DNA from: a virus
Length of the DNA: 64,000 nucleotides
Direction: 5' to 3' (one strand)
IMG/VR virus record: IMGVR_UViG_3300045988_135716
Location: 64,001-128,000 of that record
The stretch's first letter is position 1. Each line of letters begins with the position of its first letter. The notes under the pieces were generated by a model that made no database searches, had not been told where the DNA came from, and saw only the letters and a program-made list of their open reading frames with translations. Below are positions 44,041 to 52,927 of this stretch, in pieces. The translations under genes were made by a program, and so were the position numbers.

Positions 44041-44325
44041 ATGGGTTGTCCAGAAAATTCTTATGAGCGAATGTGTAGAGAAATAGACAGGATTATGTCT
44101 GATAAACCTAATACGAATTTTGATATTTCATTTGATGAGGTATTAAATCGAGTTAAAGCATATGAACATAATCCTAATTTTTATTATAATAGTGGAATAG
44201 CTGCTAGAAATGTTTTTTGTGATATTGCTGAAAACGAAGGAAATGATGCTTTTAATGCAGCATGTGCTGGATTGTATATGTTTGAAGAATTGATTGGGTT
44301 ACACAAAGGGGATGAAGATATATGA
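44041..44325 (+). CDS. hypothetical protein
   Basis: ATG 44041 follows AAAGGAG; the ORF opens at 44020. Confidence 0.6.
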   Translation: MGCPENSYERMCREIDRIMSDKPNTNFDISFDEVLNRVKAYEHNPNFYYNSGIAARNVFCDIAENEGNDAFNAACAGLYMFEELIGLHKGDEDI

Positions 44326-44912
44326 ATTCGACAGAACAAGATAATATAAATTTCCTGCTTAACAAATATAAAGATATAGTCAAAAATGATGATGGTTCAT
44401 TTAGATTGGCTCATCGTTGTATTCCTGGTGATAATGATAGCTATGTCAAATTTGTATACACAGGTAGACACAATTATAATGAACTTGAACATAACTGTTA
44501 TTGTCATAAATGTAAATATTGTGAATTAAATCATCCATTTAATTACTGTCTTCTAAGAACAACTCTTGAAAACTCATCTATTAAAGTTCCTACGCATTAT
44601 GTTGCTAATTGTGACGCATATGATCCAATAGAATATCTCAATATCATTCGTAATAAAAGTGAAATGATTACCTTCATAGAAATGATTCAACAATATTTTG
44701 GCAGTCCTGAGTATTGCGAAAAATATTTTGGATTTAATACAAATGTAGATGATGATACAGGAGAAGTTTTAGAGACAATTAGAGAATATTATGAACGTGA
44801 TGGAGAATTTAATAATATACCAGATAAATACCCATGTGTAATTTATTTTCCAATTGACGATATAGACATTCACAAGAAACTAGAATGGATTTATATAGGA
44901 GAATCAGCATGA
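44322..44912 (+). CDS. hypothetical Cys/His-rich protein
   Basis: ATGA overlap with the upstream gene; 196 codons. Confidence 0.7.
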   Translation: MNSTEQDNINFLLNKYKDIVKNDDGSFRLAHRCIPGDNDSYVKFVYTGRHNYNELEHNCYCHKCKYCELNHPFNYCLLRTTLENSSIKVPTHYVANCDAYDPIEYLNIIRNKSEMITFIEMIQQYFGSPEYCEKYFGFNTNVDDDTGEVLETIREYYERDGEFNNIPDKYPCVIYFPIDDIDIHKKLEWIYIGESA

Positions 44913-45520
44913 AGAAAACATTAGTTATTAGTGCTTATACCTGTTGCGGTAAAACATATGCAAGTGAACACATAAAAGATTATGATATCTTGGATGTTGA
45001 TATTCGTAAATTTAAGACCATAAAGCGATTACCAAACGAAGAAGAAATTGAAAAAGAACGTCAATGGTGGGAATCAAGTCTGCATCTTATGTCTACAGAA
45101 GCACATCTAAATCAATTCAAACAACAAATTATCAGTGTCGATAATCCAAATTTTCCAGACAATTTTATCCAATATATAAAAGAGAATATAGGTAAAGTAG
45201 ACGTTATATTTGTAGATAGCGACGTTAGGATTAGACAATGGCTTAATGAAGCAAAAATTAAATTTGTAACGGTTTATCCTCGGAATAGTTGTTTGTGTGA
45301 ATGGGTTGGAAGAATGTATTTACAGGATTATCCTGATTTGATTATCAGAAACAAAATTAATGGATGGCATCATGAGGTATACCCTGTTAAAGAGCCATAT
45401 GGAGATCAACTAATTCGATTGTCTCACGGAAAATACATTAGTGAGAAATTTATTGATGATTGTTTTATTTTAGGCTATGGAATAAATGGAGGATTAGAGA
45501 ATGAAAGTAATTCAAAATAA
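44909..45520 (+). CDS. P-loop NTPase / kinase-like protein
   Basis: Walker A-like ISAYTCCGKTY at the N-terminus; TAGGAG SD; the ORF opens at 44885. Confidence 0.5.
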   Translation: MKKTLVISAYTCCGKTYASEHIKDYDILDVDIRKFKTIKRLPNEEEIEKERQWWESSLHLMSTEAHLNQFKQQIISVDNPNFPDNFIQYIKENIGKVDVIFVDSDVRIRQWLNEAKIKFVTVYPRNSCLCEWVGRMYLQDYPDLIIRNKINGWHHEVYPVKEPYGDQLIRLSHGKYISEKFIDDCFILGYGINGGLENESNSK

Positions 45521-46004
45521 TTATAAAAATATACCAAGAAATCCGCAACAATTACCAGAACAAACTAAACCAAAAATAGAAAAAGTAAAAATAAAATGTG
45601 AGAATTGCGGATCAATTCTTGAAGTGTTAAGAGAAGATACTCATATAGGATACTTAGGATTACCCCATGTCACCTGTCCATGCTGCGATTACGAGATGGA
45701 CGTTGAAGAATTTGACGATGATTCTATTGATATTTATGTATCAAACGTAAAATATCCTACGCATTTTACTGTATCAAGTAAAGATTTTAGAGCTATTGAA
45801 GTTTCAGATGAAGAAATTAATAAATGGATTCAACAAGGAATTGAATATTTTAGAGGAAACCCAGAAGCATATTCTTATTTTATGGGTTCTGGTAACAGTA
45901 TGATACATATGTACAAATTCGATGAGGATAAAGAATACTATGTCGTAGTGTCAAAAGATTATGAATCAGGTAAAATTGAGTTTGATAAAGAAGATTGTGT
46001 ATGA
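45501..46004 (+). CDS. hypothetical zinc-ribbon protein
   Basis: CENCGS...CPCCDY motif; GGAGGA SD. Confidence 0.7.
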   Translation: MKVIQNNYKNIPRNPQQLPEQTKPKIEKVKIKCENCGSILEVLREDTHIGYLGLPHVTCPCCDYEMDVEEFDDDSIDIYVSNVKYPTHFTVSSKDFRAIEVSDEEINKWIQQGIEYFRGNPEAYSYFMGSGNSMIHMYKFDEDKEYYVVVSKDYESGKIEFDKEDCV

Positions 46005-46225
46005 GTAAAAAAAATAAAATCAAAGGTAAATGTCCTAGATGTGGTTCTAAATTAGAGATGGGTTTATTGTGTTATGAATTTTCATATATGGACAAACCAG
46101 AAGTCACAGAACTTTTACCAATATGTACAAATGATAATTGCGATGAATCGTGTGGATATGGTAGTGAAATCAGATATAGATGGATCAACCATAGGACAGT
46201 AAAAATTGATGGATTATGGGACTAA
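46001..46225 (+). CDS. small zinc-ribbon protein
   Basis: ATGA overlap with the upstream gene; CPRCGS...C..DNCDESC motif. Confidence 0.6.
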   Translation: MSKKNKIKGKCPRCGSKLEMGLLCYEFSYMDKPEVTELLPICTNDNCDESCGYGSEIRYRWINHRTVKIDGLWD

Positions 46226-46261
46226 TTAAAACTCTGATTTCATAGAGAAAGTGAGAACATT

Positions 46262-46570
46262 ATGAGTATAAACGAAGATTTTCAAATTCTTGCGAAAAAG
46301 TTGGACAATTGTGAACTACTTACTAATTACAATCTGAATGTATTAAATGAAGATATGATGTTGTTACAAAATGCTTTTATTGGAGCGTTAGTTGCAAGAG
46401 ATATTTCTGAAATGGAACGCTTATTGAATAATATAAAAGAACTTGCATACAGAATGAGGAATACATTAAAGAGAACAGAATCAATAGAATCACCAGATGT
46501 ATTGGCTTCAAAATTTGTAGCGACTTATGATATTTTTGAGAAGATTTCAAAGATTCAAACAAAGAAATAA
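46262..46570 (+). CDS. hypothetical protein
   Basis: AAGTGAG SD; 102 codons. Confidence 0.7.
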   Translation: MSINEDFQILAKKLDNCELLTNYNLNVLNEDMMLLQNAFIGALVARDISEMERLLNNIKELAYRMRNTLKRTESIESPDVLASKFVATYDIFEKISKIQTKK

Positions 46571-46573
46571 ATA

Positions 46574-46640
46574 GTGTAGACATGGTGTGATTCTATATGT
46601 AGAAATATAGAATGGTAGGGTTCAAGTCCCTACCTACACA
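46574..46640 (+). ncRNA. tRNA-like element lacking a D-arm (canonical T-arm and acceptor stem)
   Basis: The T-arm TAGGG-TTCAAGT-CCCTA (46616-46632) has a canonical GTTCAAGTC T-loop. GTGTAG (46574-46579) pairs with CTACAC (46634-46639). The central hairpin is CTATA/TATAG with an 8-nt loop TGTAGAAA. Only 12 nt sit where the D-arm should be. Confidence 0.35.
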
Positions 46641-46670
46641 TTCAAAAATAAATATGAAAGGAGAATAATT

Positions 46671-47459
46671 ATGGCAAATATACCGCCAAAGAATCAAAGA
46701 TTTGAAAGTGGCGAAATTGTGTTTTGGTGTCATCAATGTGGACATAAATATTCAGTTCATTATGGAATTGTAGATGAACAGTATAAATTTGGCGTTTATA
46801 TTGATTATCTCTCACCAAGAGAACGTAGAAGAATCTATTCTGACTATGTAAAAGGTATTCCGATTGATGAATTTGAAACAGAACAAAGATTTCACAAACT
46901 TCCTAAGAATTGGAGTTATGATACAAAGCTATTTGAGATTAAACAAGATCCATTAACAGATGAAGAGATTAATTTTAAATTGGACATTAACAAACCAGAA
47001 ACATTAAAAGAAGCATATAATAAAGGATTCTTAGTAAAACGTGCGAAAATCTTTCATGGAGAAATTCGTTCAGAGATTACTAATGATGGTTGGAGAATAC
47101 ATAAAGGGTATCCGCAAGATTTGGGAATCAATAGGACTCCAAATTATACAACTATAACTTGCTCAAAAGTATATCGCACATATGATGAAGCACAGAAAGA
47201 AGTAGATGAACATATTGCGGAATATAAACGTCAAGCTGCTTTATCTGATTACGATTGGTCTGTTGAGCAGATTGATAAGATATTAGGTTATTATAAGAAC
47301 ATTTGCGATTTAACTGATAGTGAAGTAAAACAGTATCGTGATTGGATATTATCACAAGATGATATAGAGAATATAGAAGTAAGAATCCATTTCGGAAATC
47401 TCGAATTTCGAAATTGGAACAAACATAAGAAATGGCATGGTATAGAAACTAATATGTGA
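46671..47459 (+). CDS. hypothetical protein
   Basis: AAAGGAG SD; 262 codons. Confidence 0.7.
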   Translation: MANIPPKNQRFESGEIVFWCHQCGHKYSVHYGIVDEQYKFGVYIDYLSPRERRRIYSDYVKGIPIDEFETEQRFHKLPKNWSYDTKLFEIKQDPLTDEEINFKLDINKPETLKEAYNKGFLVKRAKIFHGEIRSEITNDGWRIHKGYPQDLGINRTPNYTTITCSKVYRTYDEAQKEVDEHIAEYKRQAALSDYDWSVEQIDKILGYYKNICDLTDSEVKQYRDWILSQDDIENIEVRIHFGNLEFRNWNKHKKWHGIETNM

Positions 47460-47467
47460 GGTGGATT

Positions 47468-47653
47468 ATGAGAAATATAGATAGATTTAGAGCAATGTCA
47501 CTTGAAGAACTTGCACCATATTTAGTTTATAGAACTATGATCAATAAATCAGAAGTTTGGTGTAGTCCTAGTGGATATACGTTTAGTAATAAAGATGCTG
47601 CGATTGAGAATTGTATTCATTGGTTAGATAAAGAATATCATAAGGAGAATTAA
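47468..47653 (+). CDS. hypothetical protein
   Basis: ATG 47468 follows GAGGTGG; the ORF opens at GTG 47456. Confidence 0.6.
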   Translation: MRNIDRFRAMSLEELAPYLVYRTMINKSEVWCSPSGYTFSNKDAAIENCIHWLDKEYHKEN

Positions 47654-47697
47654 AAGATAAGAGTAAATAAATTCTGAATTTCATGGAGAATAAAAAA

Positions 47698-48114
47698 ATG
47701 GGAGAAGATAATAAAGAGATTAATGAAATACATTTAACGAATGGTGACAATCCAATTATGCAAATTACTGATATTCAAGATGGTGATTTGAAATATGAAT
47801 ACAATACAAAATATAAAGCACGATTAAATAAATTTGATGGTTCATTTTGTATTAATGTATCTGAGCCAATTGATTATAAAAAGATACATAAGCTTTTTGG
47901 TATTGATGAATCTAAGATTACTGATAAATACGATATGAAAGTTTCAAAACTTATTCCATGTAAATGGCACAAAAAGAAGAGAATTAATAAAAAGATGCTA
48001 AAGAAACATGGACATCCAAATTATGTTCATAGATTTGAAATTGTAAAAGGGTGGAAGTTAAATGCATACACAAATGGAGAATTTGAATTTGCCAAGGATG
48101 GTGATAAGTTATGA
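47698..48114 (+). CDS. hypothetical protein
   Basis: ATG 47698 follows GGAGAA; the ORF opens at 47683. Confidence 0.6.
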   Translation: MGEDNKEINEIHLTNGDNPIMQITDIQDGDLKYEYNTKYKARLNKFDGSFCINVSEPIDYKKIHKLFGIDESKITDKYDMKVSKLIPCKWHKKKRINKKMLKKHGHPNYVHRFEIVKGWKLNAYTNGEFEFAKDGDKL

Positions 48115-48296
48115 AAGATGTTAAAATTGCAAGATTTGTAGAATTAATCATTAAAGGCAAAACAGCAATCGAAGCTGCGAGAGAATCCGGTATATCACAT
48201 TTACTAATGGATGAAGTATTGACAGAATTATCAAAAGAAGATTATGAATCTGATTGGGATAAATTAGCAAAGGCAATTATGGGAGAGTGTATATGA
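48111..48296 (+). CDS. small HTH-like protein
   Basis: ATGA overlap with the upstream gene; IIKGKTAIEAARESGISHLLM resembles a short HTH. Confidence 0.6.
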   Translation: MKDVKIARFVELIIKGKTAIEAARESGISHLLMDEVLTELSKEDYESDWDKLAKAIMGECI

Positions 48297-48646
48297 TTAA
48301 AAATGAAAAAGATAGTGTTTATTTAATCAATCATTCATATGGAGAAGTAATAGATGGAATTACATGGGATGAATCTTCCGCAAAATTCCTGGTAGATAAG
48401 CTCAATGAGAGATGTAAAAAAGTAAATAAATGTATTAAATGTAGAAAAAGCAATTTTAAAATTGGTGAAGAAACGTGTGATAAAGCAGAAATCTATTTTA
48501 GTAGCAATGGATATGGTAGTAGATGTGCTGTATATTGCGTCAATGATGTTACTGATAAATTAAATAAAGATTATATTGAATCACCATATGAGTATCATTA
48601 TCAGAAGATTGACGTACTTGATGTGAAGAAAATGTTAGGAGAATAA
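48293..48646 (+). CDS. hypothetical protein
   Basis: ATGA overlap with the upstream gene; GGGAGAG SD. Confidence 0.65.
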   Translation: MIKNEKDSVYLINHSYGEVIDGITWDESSAKFLVDKLNERCKKVNKCIKCRKSNFKIGEETCDKAEIYFSSNGYGSRCAVYCVNDVTDKLNKDYIESPYEYHYQKIDVLDVKKMLGE

Positions 48647-48651
48647 GATTT

Positions 48652-48915
48652 ATGATTAGTGCAAAAGAAGCAAGAGAATTAAGTAAAAGAAATACAGAAT
48701 ATAATGATAAATTAAAAAATTATATTAATAAAATAGACAATGAAATACGAAAACATGCTTCATACTCAGAAGATGATGCAATTCAATGGACAATTTCAAA
48801 ACCAGAACCATTTAGAACGTTATCAAAAGATTTAGAAGATGTTTTAAGAAAAAATGGTTATGATTTTGCTGTAAAATATGAAAAAGACCATAGTATAATT
48901 CAAATTTCTTGGTAA
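48652..48915 (+). CDS. hypothetical protein
   Basis: TAGGAG SD; 87 codons. Confidence 0.7.
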   Translation: MISAKEARELSKRNTEYNDKLKNYINKIDNEIRKHASYSEDDAIQWTISKPEPFRTLSKDLEDVLRKNGYDFAVKYEKDHSIIQISW

Positions 48916-48930
48916 ATGGAGAATAAATAA

Positions 48931-49176
48931 ATGAACATTAAAGTAACTGGTAAAATTGAAAAACCTGTTGAGATTAATCCATTAGATGTAATCAGAGAGT
49001 TAAAGTTGCAATTGCTTGGTAGAAATGATTATTTCATTGGTGACGATGGACAAGTTTATTATCAAGAACAATGTAGCTTATATGGAGATTATGAAAATAT
49101 TTTAGCACCAGATTATCTTCAAAAGAAAGTTGACTTAGTAAGAGCATTAAATATTCTTATAAATGAATTATCGTAA
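48931..49176 (+). CDS. hypothetical protein
   Basis: ATGGAGAATAAATAAATG leader, identical to that of the 49681 ORF. Confidence 0.7.
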   Translation: MNIKVTGKIEKPVEINPLDVIRELKLQLLGRNDYFIGDDGQVYYQEQCSLYGDYENILAPDYLQKKVDLVRALNILINELS

Positions 49177-49187
49177 AGGAGAAGTTA

Positions 49188-49676
49188 ATGAACAGACAAA
49201 TGTGTGATGTTTGTAAAACACAAGATGCATCAACAAGCTATAAAGTGAAAGAATCACATATGATGCATGGATCATGGGAAGGAATATGGGAACCATATAA
49301 AAAGATTGACATATGTGATAAATGCGCAGAGAAAATATTGCATATGGAAACATTAGGTTCAAGAATGCGTGATTCACTTCGTAGACAAAAAGAAATAAAT
49401 ATAAAATGTGGATTAGAAAAAAGAGAAATAAAACAGGGTGATATTGTTAAACATTTCAAAAGAGAAACAACAATTTTGTCAAATGAATACCTATATAAAA
49501 TTTTGTGTGTTGCCAAACTTACAGAAGAAGATGAATATGTAGTTGTATATCAGGCTTTATATGGCGATTTTAAAATCTATGCAAGACCTTATGAAATGTT
49601 TATAAGTGAAGTGGATCATCAAAAATATCCTGATATTAAACAAAAATATAGATTTGAAAAATGGAATGGAGAATAA
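49188..49676 (+). CDS. DUF1653-domain protein with N-terminal zinc-ribbon
   Basis: The C-terminal half IVKHFKRE...[38 protein letters not shown] matches the DUF1653 pattern (YrHyKG..Y.v...a.hte..e..VvYq.ly....w.RP..mF). Confidence 0.65.
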   Translation: MNRQMCDVCKTQDASTSYKVKESHMMHGSWEGIWEPYKKIDICDKCAEKILHMETLGSRMRDSLRRQKEINIKCGLEKREIKQGDIVKHFKRETTILSNEYLYKILCVAKLTEEDEYVVVYQALYGDFKIYARPYEMFISEVDHQKYPDIKQKYRFEKWNGE

Positions 49677-49680
49677 ATAA

Positions 49681-49857
49681 ATGGCATGTGAGAAATATAC
49701 AAATTGTGAATATTGCAAAAAAGATTATCATTGTCCATACGATCACATGTGTGATGGAAGTCCTTGATGTAGAGAATTTCAATGTACAGTAGATAATTGT
49801 AAAAGATATGAGTGTATCTCATATGAAGAAGAATTATTCGAGTTGAGAGGATATTGA
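49681..49857 (+). CDS. small Cys-rich protein with an in-frame TGA at 49765-49767
   Basis: GGAG SD. MACEKYTNCEYCKKDYHCPYDHMCDGSP-TGA-CREFQCTVDNCKRYECISYEEELFELRGY. The Cys pattern continues for 29 stop-free codons with no internal start. Confidence 0.4.
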
Positions 49858-49874
49858 AAGGAGAATAAATACAT

Positions 49875-50513
49875 ATGAAATATAGTGACAATATTACAAT
49901 TCAAAAATTCATAGAACAATTGATTGATGTATTAAAATACGAGAATACATATAGAGAACCAAATGGTAAAAAGCTGGATATCCCGTTTTTGGTATCTGTG
50001 CTATGGCAAGATTTAACGAATAACTATGAATGTTATAATGAATTTTGTTCTGATTTAAGAGATTGTGATAATTATGATATTGTAATTGGAGAAGACAATT
50101 ATAGTATCTGTAAAGTAAATGTATTTCTTTACAATGAAACCGAAAATGATAATTGGAAATGTGCAGAAGAATCAGATTTTAGATATGAAATTACATTCAG
50201 TTACGATGAACGTAATTGGGGAGATTGTGAATGTAATCCTGGTGATCCAGATTATAGAGAAGATAAAGAATGTTGTGGACATGGATGTGATTGGGATGCT
50301 CCAAGTGTCGAAGTTAGAAAAAGTTTTCTTGTATCGAATCACTCATGGAGTGGTGATAAACATGATTATTGGGACTTTGAAGATAAGTTTTATGCAGATG
50401 ATAAAGAAGAAAATGAAAAGAAACTTCTAGCAGAAAGAGAATGTAAGATTAGAAATCTTAAAGAAACTATCGAAAATGCTCAAAAAGAGTTAAAAAAGTT
50501 AGAGAATTTATAG
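49875..50513 (+). CDS. hypothetical protein
   Basis: AAAGGAG SD; 212 codons. Confidence 0.7.
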   Translation: MKYSDNITIQKFIEQLIDVLKYENTYREPNGKKLDIPFLVSVLWQDLTNNYECYNEFCSDLRDCDNYDIVIGEDNYSICKVNVFLYNETENDNWKCAEESDFRYEITFSYDERNWGDCECNPGDPDYREDKECCGHGCDWDAPSVEVRKSFLVSNHSWSGDKHDYWDFEDKFYADDKEENEKKLLAERECKIRNLKETIENAQKELKKLENL

Positions 50514-50514
50514 A

Positions 50515-50530
50515 TGAAACTTTCGTTTCA
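50515..50530 (+). repeat. Dispersed palindrome family member (TGAAAC-TTTC-GTTTCA)
   Basis: Perfect palindrome beginning 2 nt after the upstream stop. Confidence 0.6.
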
Positions 50531-50560
50531 AATGGAGAATATATAGATAGGAGATGAGAA

Positions 50561-50779
50561 ATGATGAAACCAATTATTAATCCATGGTTGATTTATTTTG
50601 CTAGTAGAGCAGATGCGTTAGGAACTTTATTTCTAATTGTTGCAATAGTTGCATTTGTGATATGTTGGATAGAATTTGATGATTTAACAAAAAATGGATT
50701 TAAACTATTTATTTCAATTGGGATTATTTTTATGATTCTAACAGTTCTTACCAAACTACTGAAACCGTTTATACAATGA
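50561..50779 (+). CDS. small membrane protein
   Basis: TAGGAG SD; two hydrophobic helices. Confidence 0.7.
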   Translation: MMKPIINPWLIYFASRADALGTLFLIVAIVAFVICWIEFDDLTKNGFKLFISIGIIFMILTVLTKLLKPFIQ

Positions 50780-50907
50780 TGGTAGCAAATGAAATTACAT
50801 CGGACAATATTCAAGCCATTGGTAAAACTGGTAAAGATGTAGTGGATTACATTACAAATCAGATTGACAAAATTATGAATAAGGATGATGAAAAGGAGAA
50901 TAAATGA
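50776..50907 (+). CDS. small hypothetical protein (43 aa)
   Basis: ATGA overlaps at both ends, coupling it to both neighbours. Confidence 0.45.
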   Translation: MMVANEITSDNIQAIGKTGKDVVDYITNQIDKIMNKDDEKENK

Positions 50908-51215
50908 TTAATGTAGTAGAAGATATTGTTAAAATTATGAAATATGACAAATCACATAATTTTAAAGTTGTAGTTGAACCAAATGGAATTACAGTATCAC
51001 TTAGTGAAGGAAACTTTAATGATGTCTTTGATATTCCAATAAAATATGATTGCTCAGACGGAATATATATTGATAATGAAAAGCAAAAGGGAGTAATTGG
51101 TATTTGCGACATTAATCTTGTTAAAGATATTATGGAATATCTTGAAAAACATATGAATGAACTTGATGAGTTATGTACTCAATGTGATTGGTCAGGTAGA
51201 CAGGAAGAAAATTAA
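50904..51215 (+). CDS. hypothetical protein
   Basis: AAAGGAG SD; 103 codons. Confidence 0.7.
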   Translation: MINVVEDIVKIMKYDKSHNFKVVVEPNGITVSLSEGNFNDVFDIPIKYDCSDGIYIDNEKQKGVIGICDINLVKDIMEYLEKHMNELDELCTQCDWSGRQEEN

Positions 51216-51244
51216 AATCCAAATTTCATCGGAGAATATAAAAT

Positions 51245-51526
51245 ATGAATGACAATTATAAAAAATGGAATGAAACGATTTGTCAAATGATTGACAGGAA
51301 TTATAATGTAGAATGCACTGGATGTCGAGATGATGTTAAGTTTAATCATAATTTTATTAATTCAACAAGAGACATAATGTTTTATAAAAGATATAGAAAT
51401 GTAAAATTAATAAATATTATGGGATTGTTTGAACAGTTCCATTTTCAAACAGAAGATGGTGAGTTATTAATACTTCCAGGACGATACATTATTTCAATTT
51501 TGCCAGTAAAAAATAAAGAGAAATAA
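51245..51526 (+). CDS. hypothetical protein
   Basis: CGGAG SD; 93 codons. Confidence 0.7.
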   Translation: MNDNYKKWNETICQMIDRNYNVECTGCRDDVKFNHNFINSTRDIMFYKRYRNVKLINIMGLFEQFHFQTEDGELLILPGRYIISILPVKNKEK

Positions 51527-51768
51527 ATCTTGTAGATTCAATCGAATCGAATTTTCCAAATAAATCGAAACTGAATAGAGAAATAAAATATGGGTGGTTA
51601 GCAGCATACCCTTGGGATTTTGCACCCATAAACCACTGTTGACATAGAATTTATCTTATAGATTTAATTCCATGTTCCGTCCGATAGGGCGTTTATCATA
51701 AATGTTGATACATTTCTACAACATTACAGAGTTATAAAAAATAATAATTATACAAGGAGGACATTTAA

Positions 51769-52836
51769 ATGTCAGACACAAAGAAAAAAGGAAGATTATT
51801 TGATTTACCAGAAACAAAAGGAGCATTCCAGTTAAAAGCAATTGCTACTGGGATGAATAAAGACAAAGTATACAAAGAACTCAGAACTAAGAGTAATCGA
51901 GAGATGAGAATGCTTAACTTTGGAGCAACTTACGAAGATGGTAAAACATTATATATTAATCTTCAAGGTATGGAACAGGAATATGTTTACTTTTCTAAGA
52001 GAGCAGAGAAGAAGGGTGACAAACCAGAAATAGTAAAAGTTCCGTGGGCTGATAGATTTACATATAATCGTGAAGGATTCAGATTAATTGGTAAAAATAT
52101 TGGTGTAAAAAAGAAAATTGATTCCGAAGGCAAAACAGTAAATGATAAAAAAGTACTTACGGATTTTGATGCTTGTAAAGAAATTAAAGACAATCTAAAA
52201 GATGGTAACAGTGTATTTATCAGAGGAAACATTGATTATAGTAGTTTTCCTGATAACAATGGCAATAAAAGAACATCAACAAAACTTATTCCTAATCAGG
52301 TTTCATTATGTGCAGATATTGACTTTAATGATGAAAAGTTTGAAAAGCAGAATGACTTTAATCAGGTAATCATTTTTATGGGAATCGAACAGGAAAAATC
52401 AGATAATGATAAACCTACAGGAAGATTCATTGTACTGGCAAAAATTGTTACATATAGCAATATTGAAGATGTAGAGTTTGTCATTGAAGATACTTCACTT
52501 GCAAATAAATTTAGAAAGTCATTAAAACCATATAATGCAATCAAAGTTAGTGGACATATGATTTCTGCTACTCAGATTGAAACAGTAGAAAACGATGATG
52601 AGTGGGGAGAAGAAGATAAGATCGAGAAAGTATCTGCGCCAACAAAACGTGAGTTTATTATTACTGGCGCAAAAGGTTCTTCAATCGACAAAGAACTCTA
52701 TACAGAAGAGAATGTTATGGAAGCAATCGCAAAAATTAGAAATGCTAATAAGGCAGAAGAAAGTTTTGGATCAACGTCTGATGATTGGGGAAATGTAGAT
52801 AGTCTCGATGACGGAGATGATGATGCTTGGGATTAA
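51769..52836 (+). CDS. putative single-stranded DNA-binding protein (replication module)
   Basis: First gene after a 242-nt intergenic region, with an AAGGAGG SD. The acidic C-terminal tail ..DSLDDGDDDAWD resembles SSB tails. No OB-fold motif could be verified by eye. Confidence 0.4.
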   Translation: MSDTKKKGRLFDLPETKGAFQLKAIATGMNKDKVYKELRTKSNREMRMLNFGATYEDGKTLYINLQGMEQEYVYFSKRAEKKGDKPEIVKVPWADRFTYNREGFRLIGKNIGVKKKIDSEGKTVNDKKVLTDFDACKEIKDNLKDGNSVFIRGNIDYSSFPDNNGNKRTSTKLIPNQVSLCADIDFNDEKFEKQNDFNQVIIFMGIEQEKSDNDKPTGRFIVLAKIVTYSNIEDVEFVIEDTSLANKFRKSLKPYNAIKVSGHMISATQIETVENDDEWGEEDKIEKVSAPTKREFIITGAKGSSIDKELYTEENVMEAIAKIRNANKAEESFGSTSDDWGNVDSLDDGDDDAWD

Positions 52837-52862
52837 TTAGTATTTAATTCATGAGTAGCAAT

Positions 52863-52884
52863 GGAACGTCAGAAATGGCGTTCC
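52863..52884 (+). other. GC-containing hairpin between the SSB-like and ATPase genes
   Basis: GGAACG-N10-CGTTCC; no T-tract follows, so it is not a classical terminator. Confidence 0.3.
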
Positions 52885-52927
52885 TAATATAAAAATAATA
52901 ATTACATATAATTGGAGGAATTTATCA

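Noticed and set aside
46574-46640. Calling this a standard tRNA gene with an assigned anticodon
   Set aside because: There is no D-arm, the central loop is 8 nt (or 6 nt), and there is a 7-66 mismatch. No reliable anticodon can be assigned by eye, so it is kept only as a low-confidence tRNA-like ncRNA.
46611-46640. Interpreting the tRNA 3'-end-like segment as attP of an integrating prophage
   Set aside because: No integrase or recombinase gene occurs anywhere in the 64-kb window, and host sequence is unavailable. The idea is retained only as an alternative in the finding.
42422-49767. Genome-wide TGA recoding (genetic code 4 or 25) as an explanation for the in-frame TGA at 49765 and the in-frame TGA between ORFs 42017-42424 and 42503-42685
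   Set aside because: Many genes here end in TGA with perfectly placed ATGA overlaps or a downstream SD-start (for example 2052, 16275, 37576, 43738, 44322, 48111). TGA therefore clearly functions as a stop. The 42422 case is better explained by a separate gene with an ATA or ATG start.
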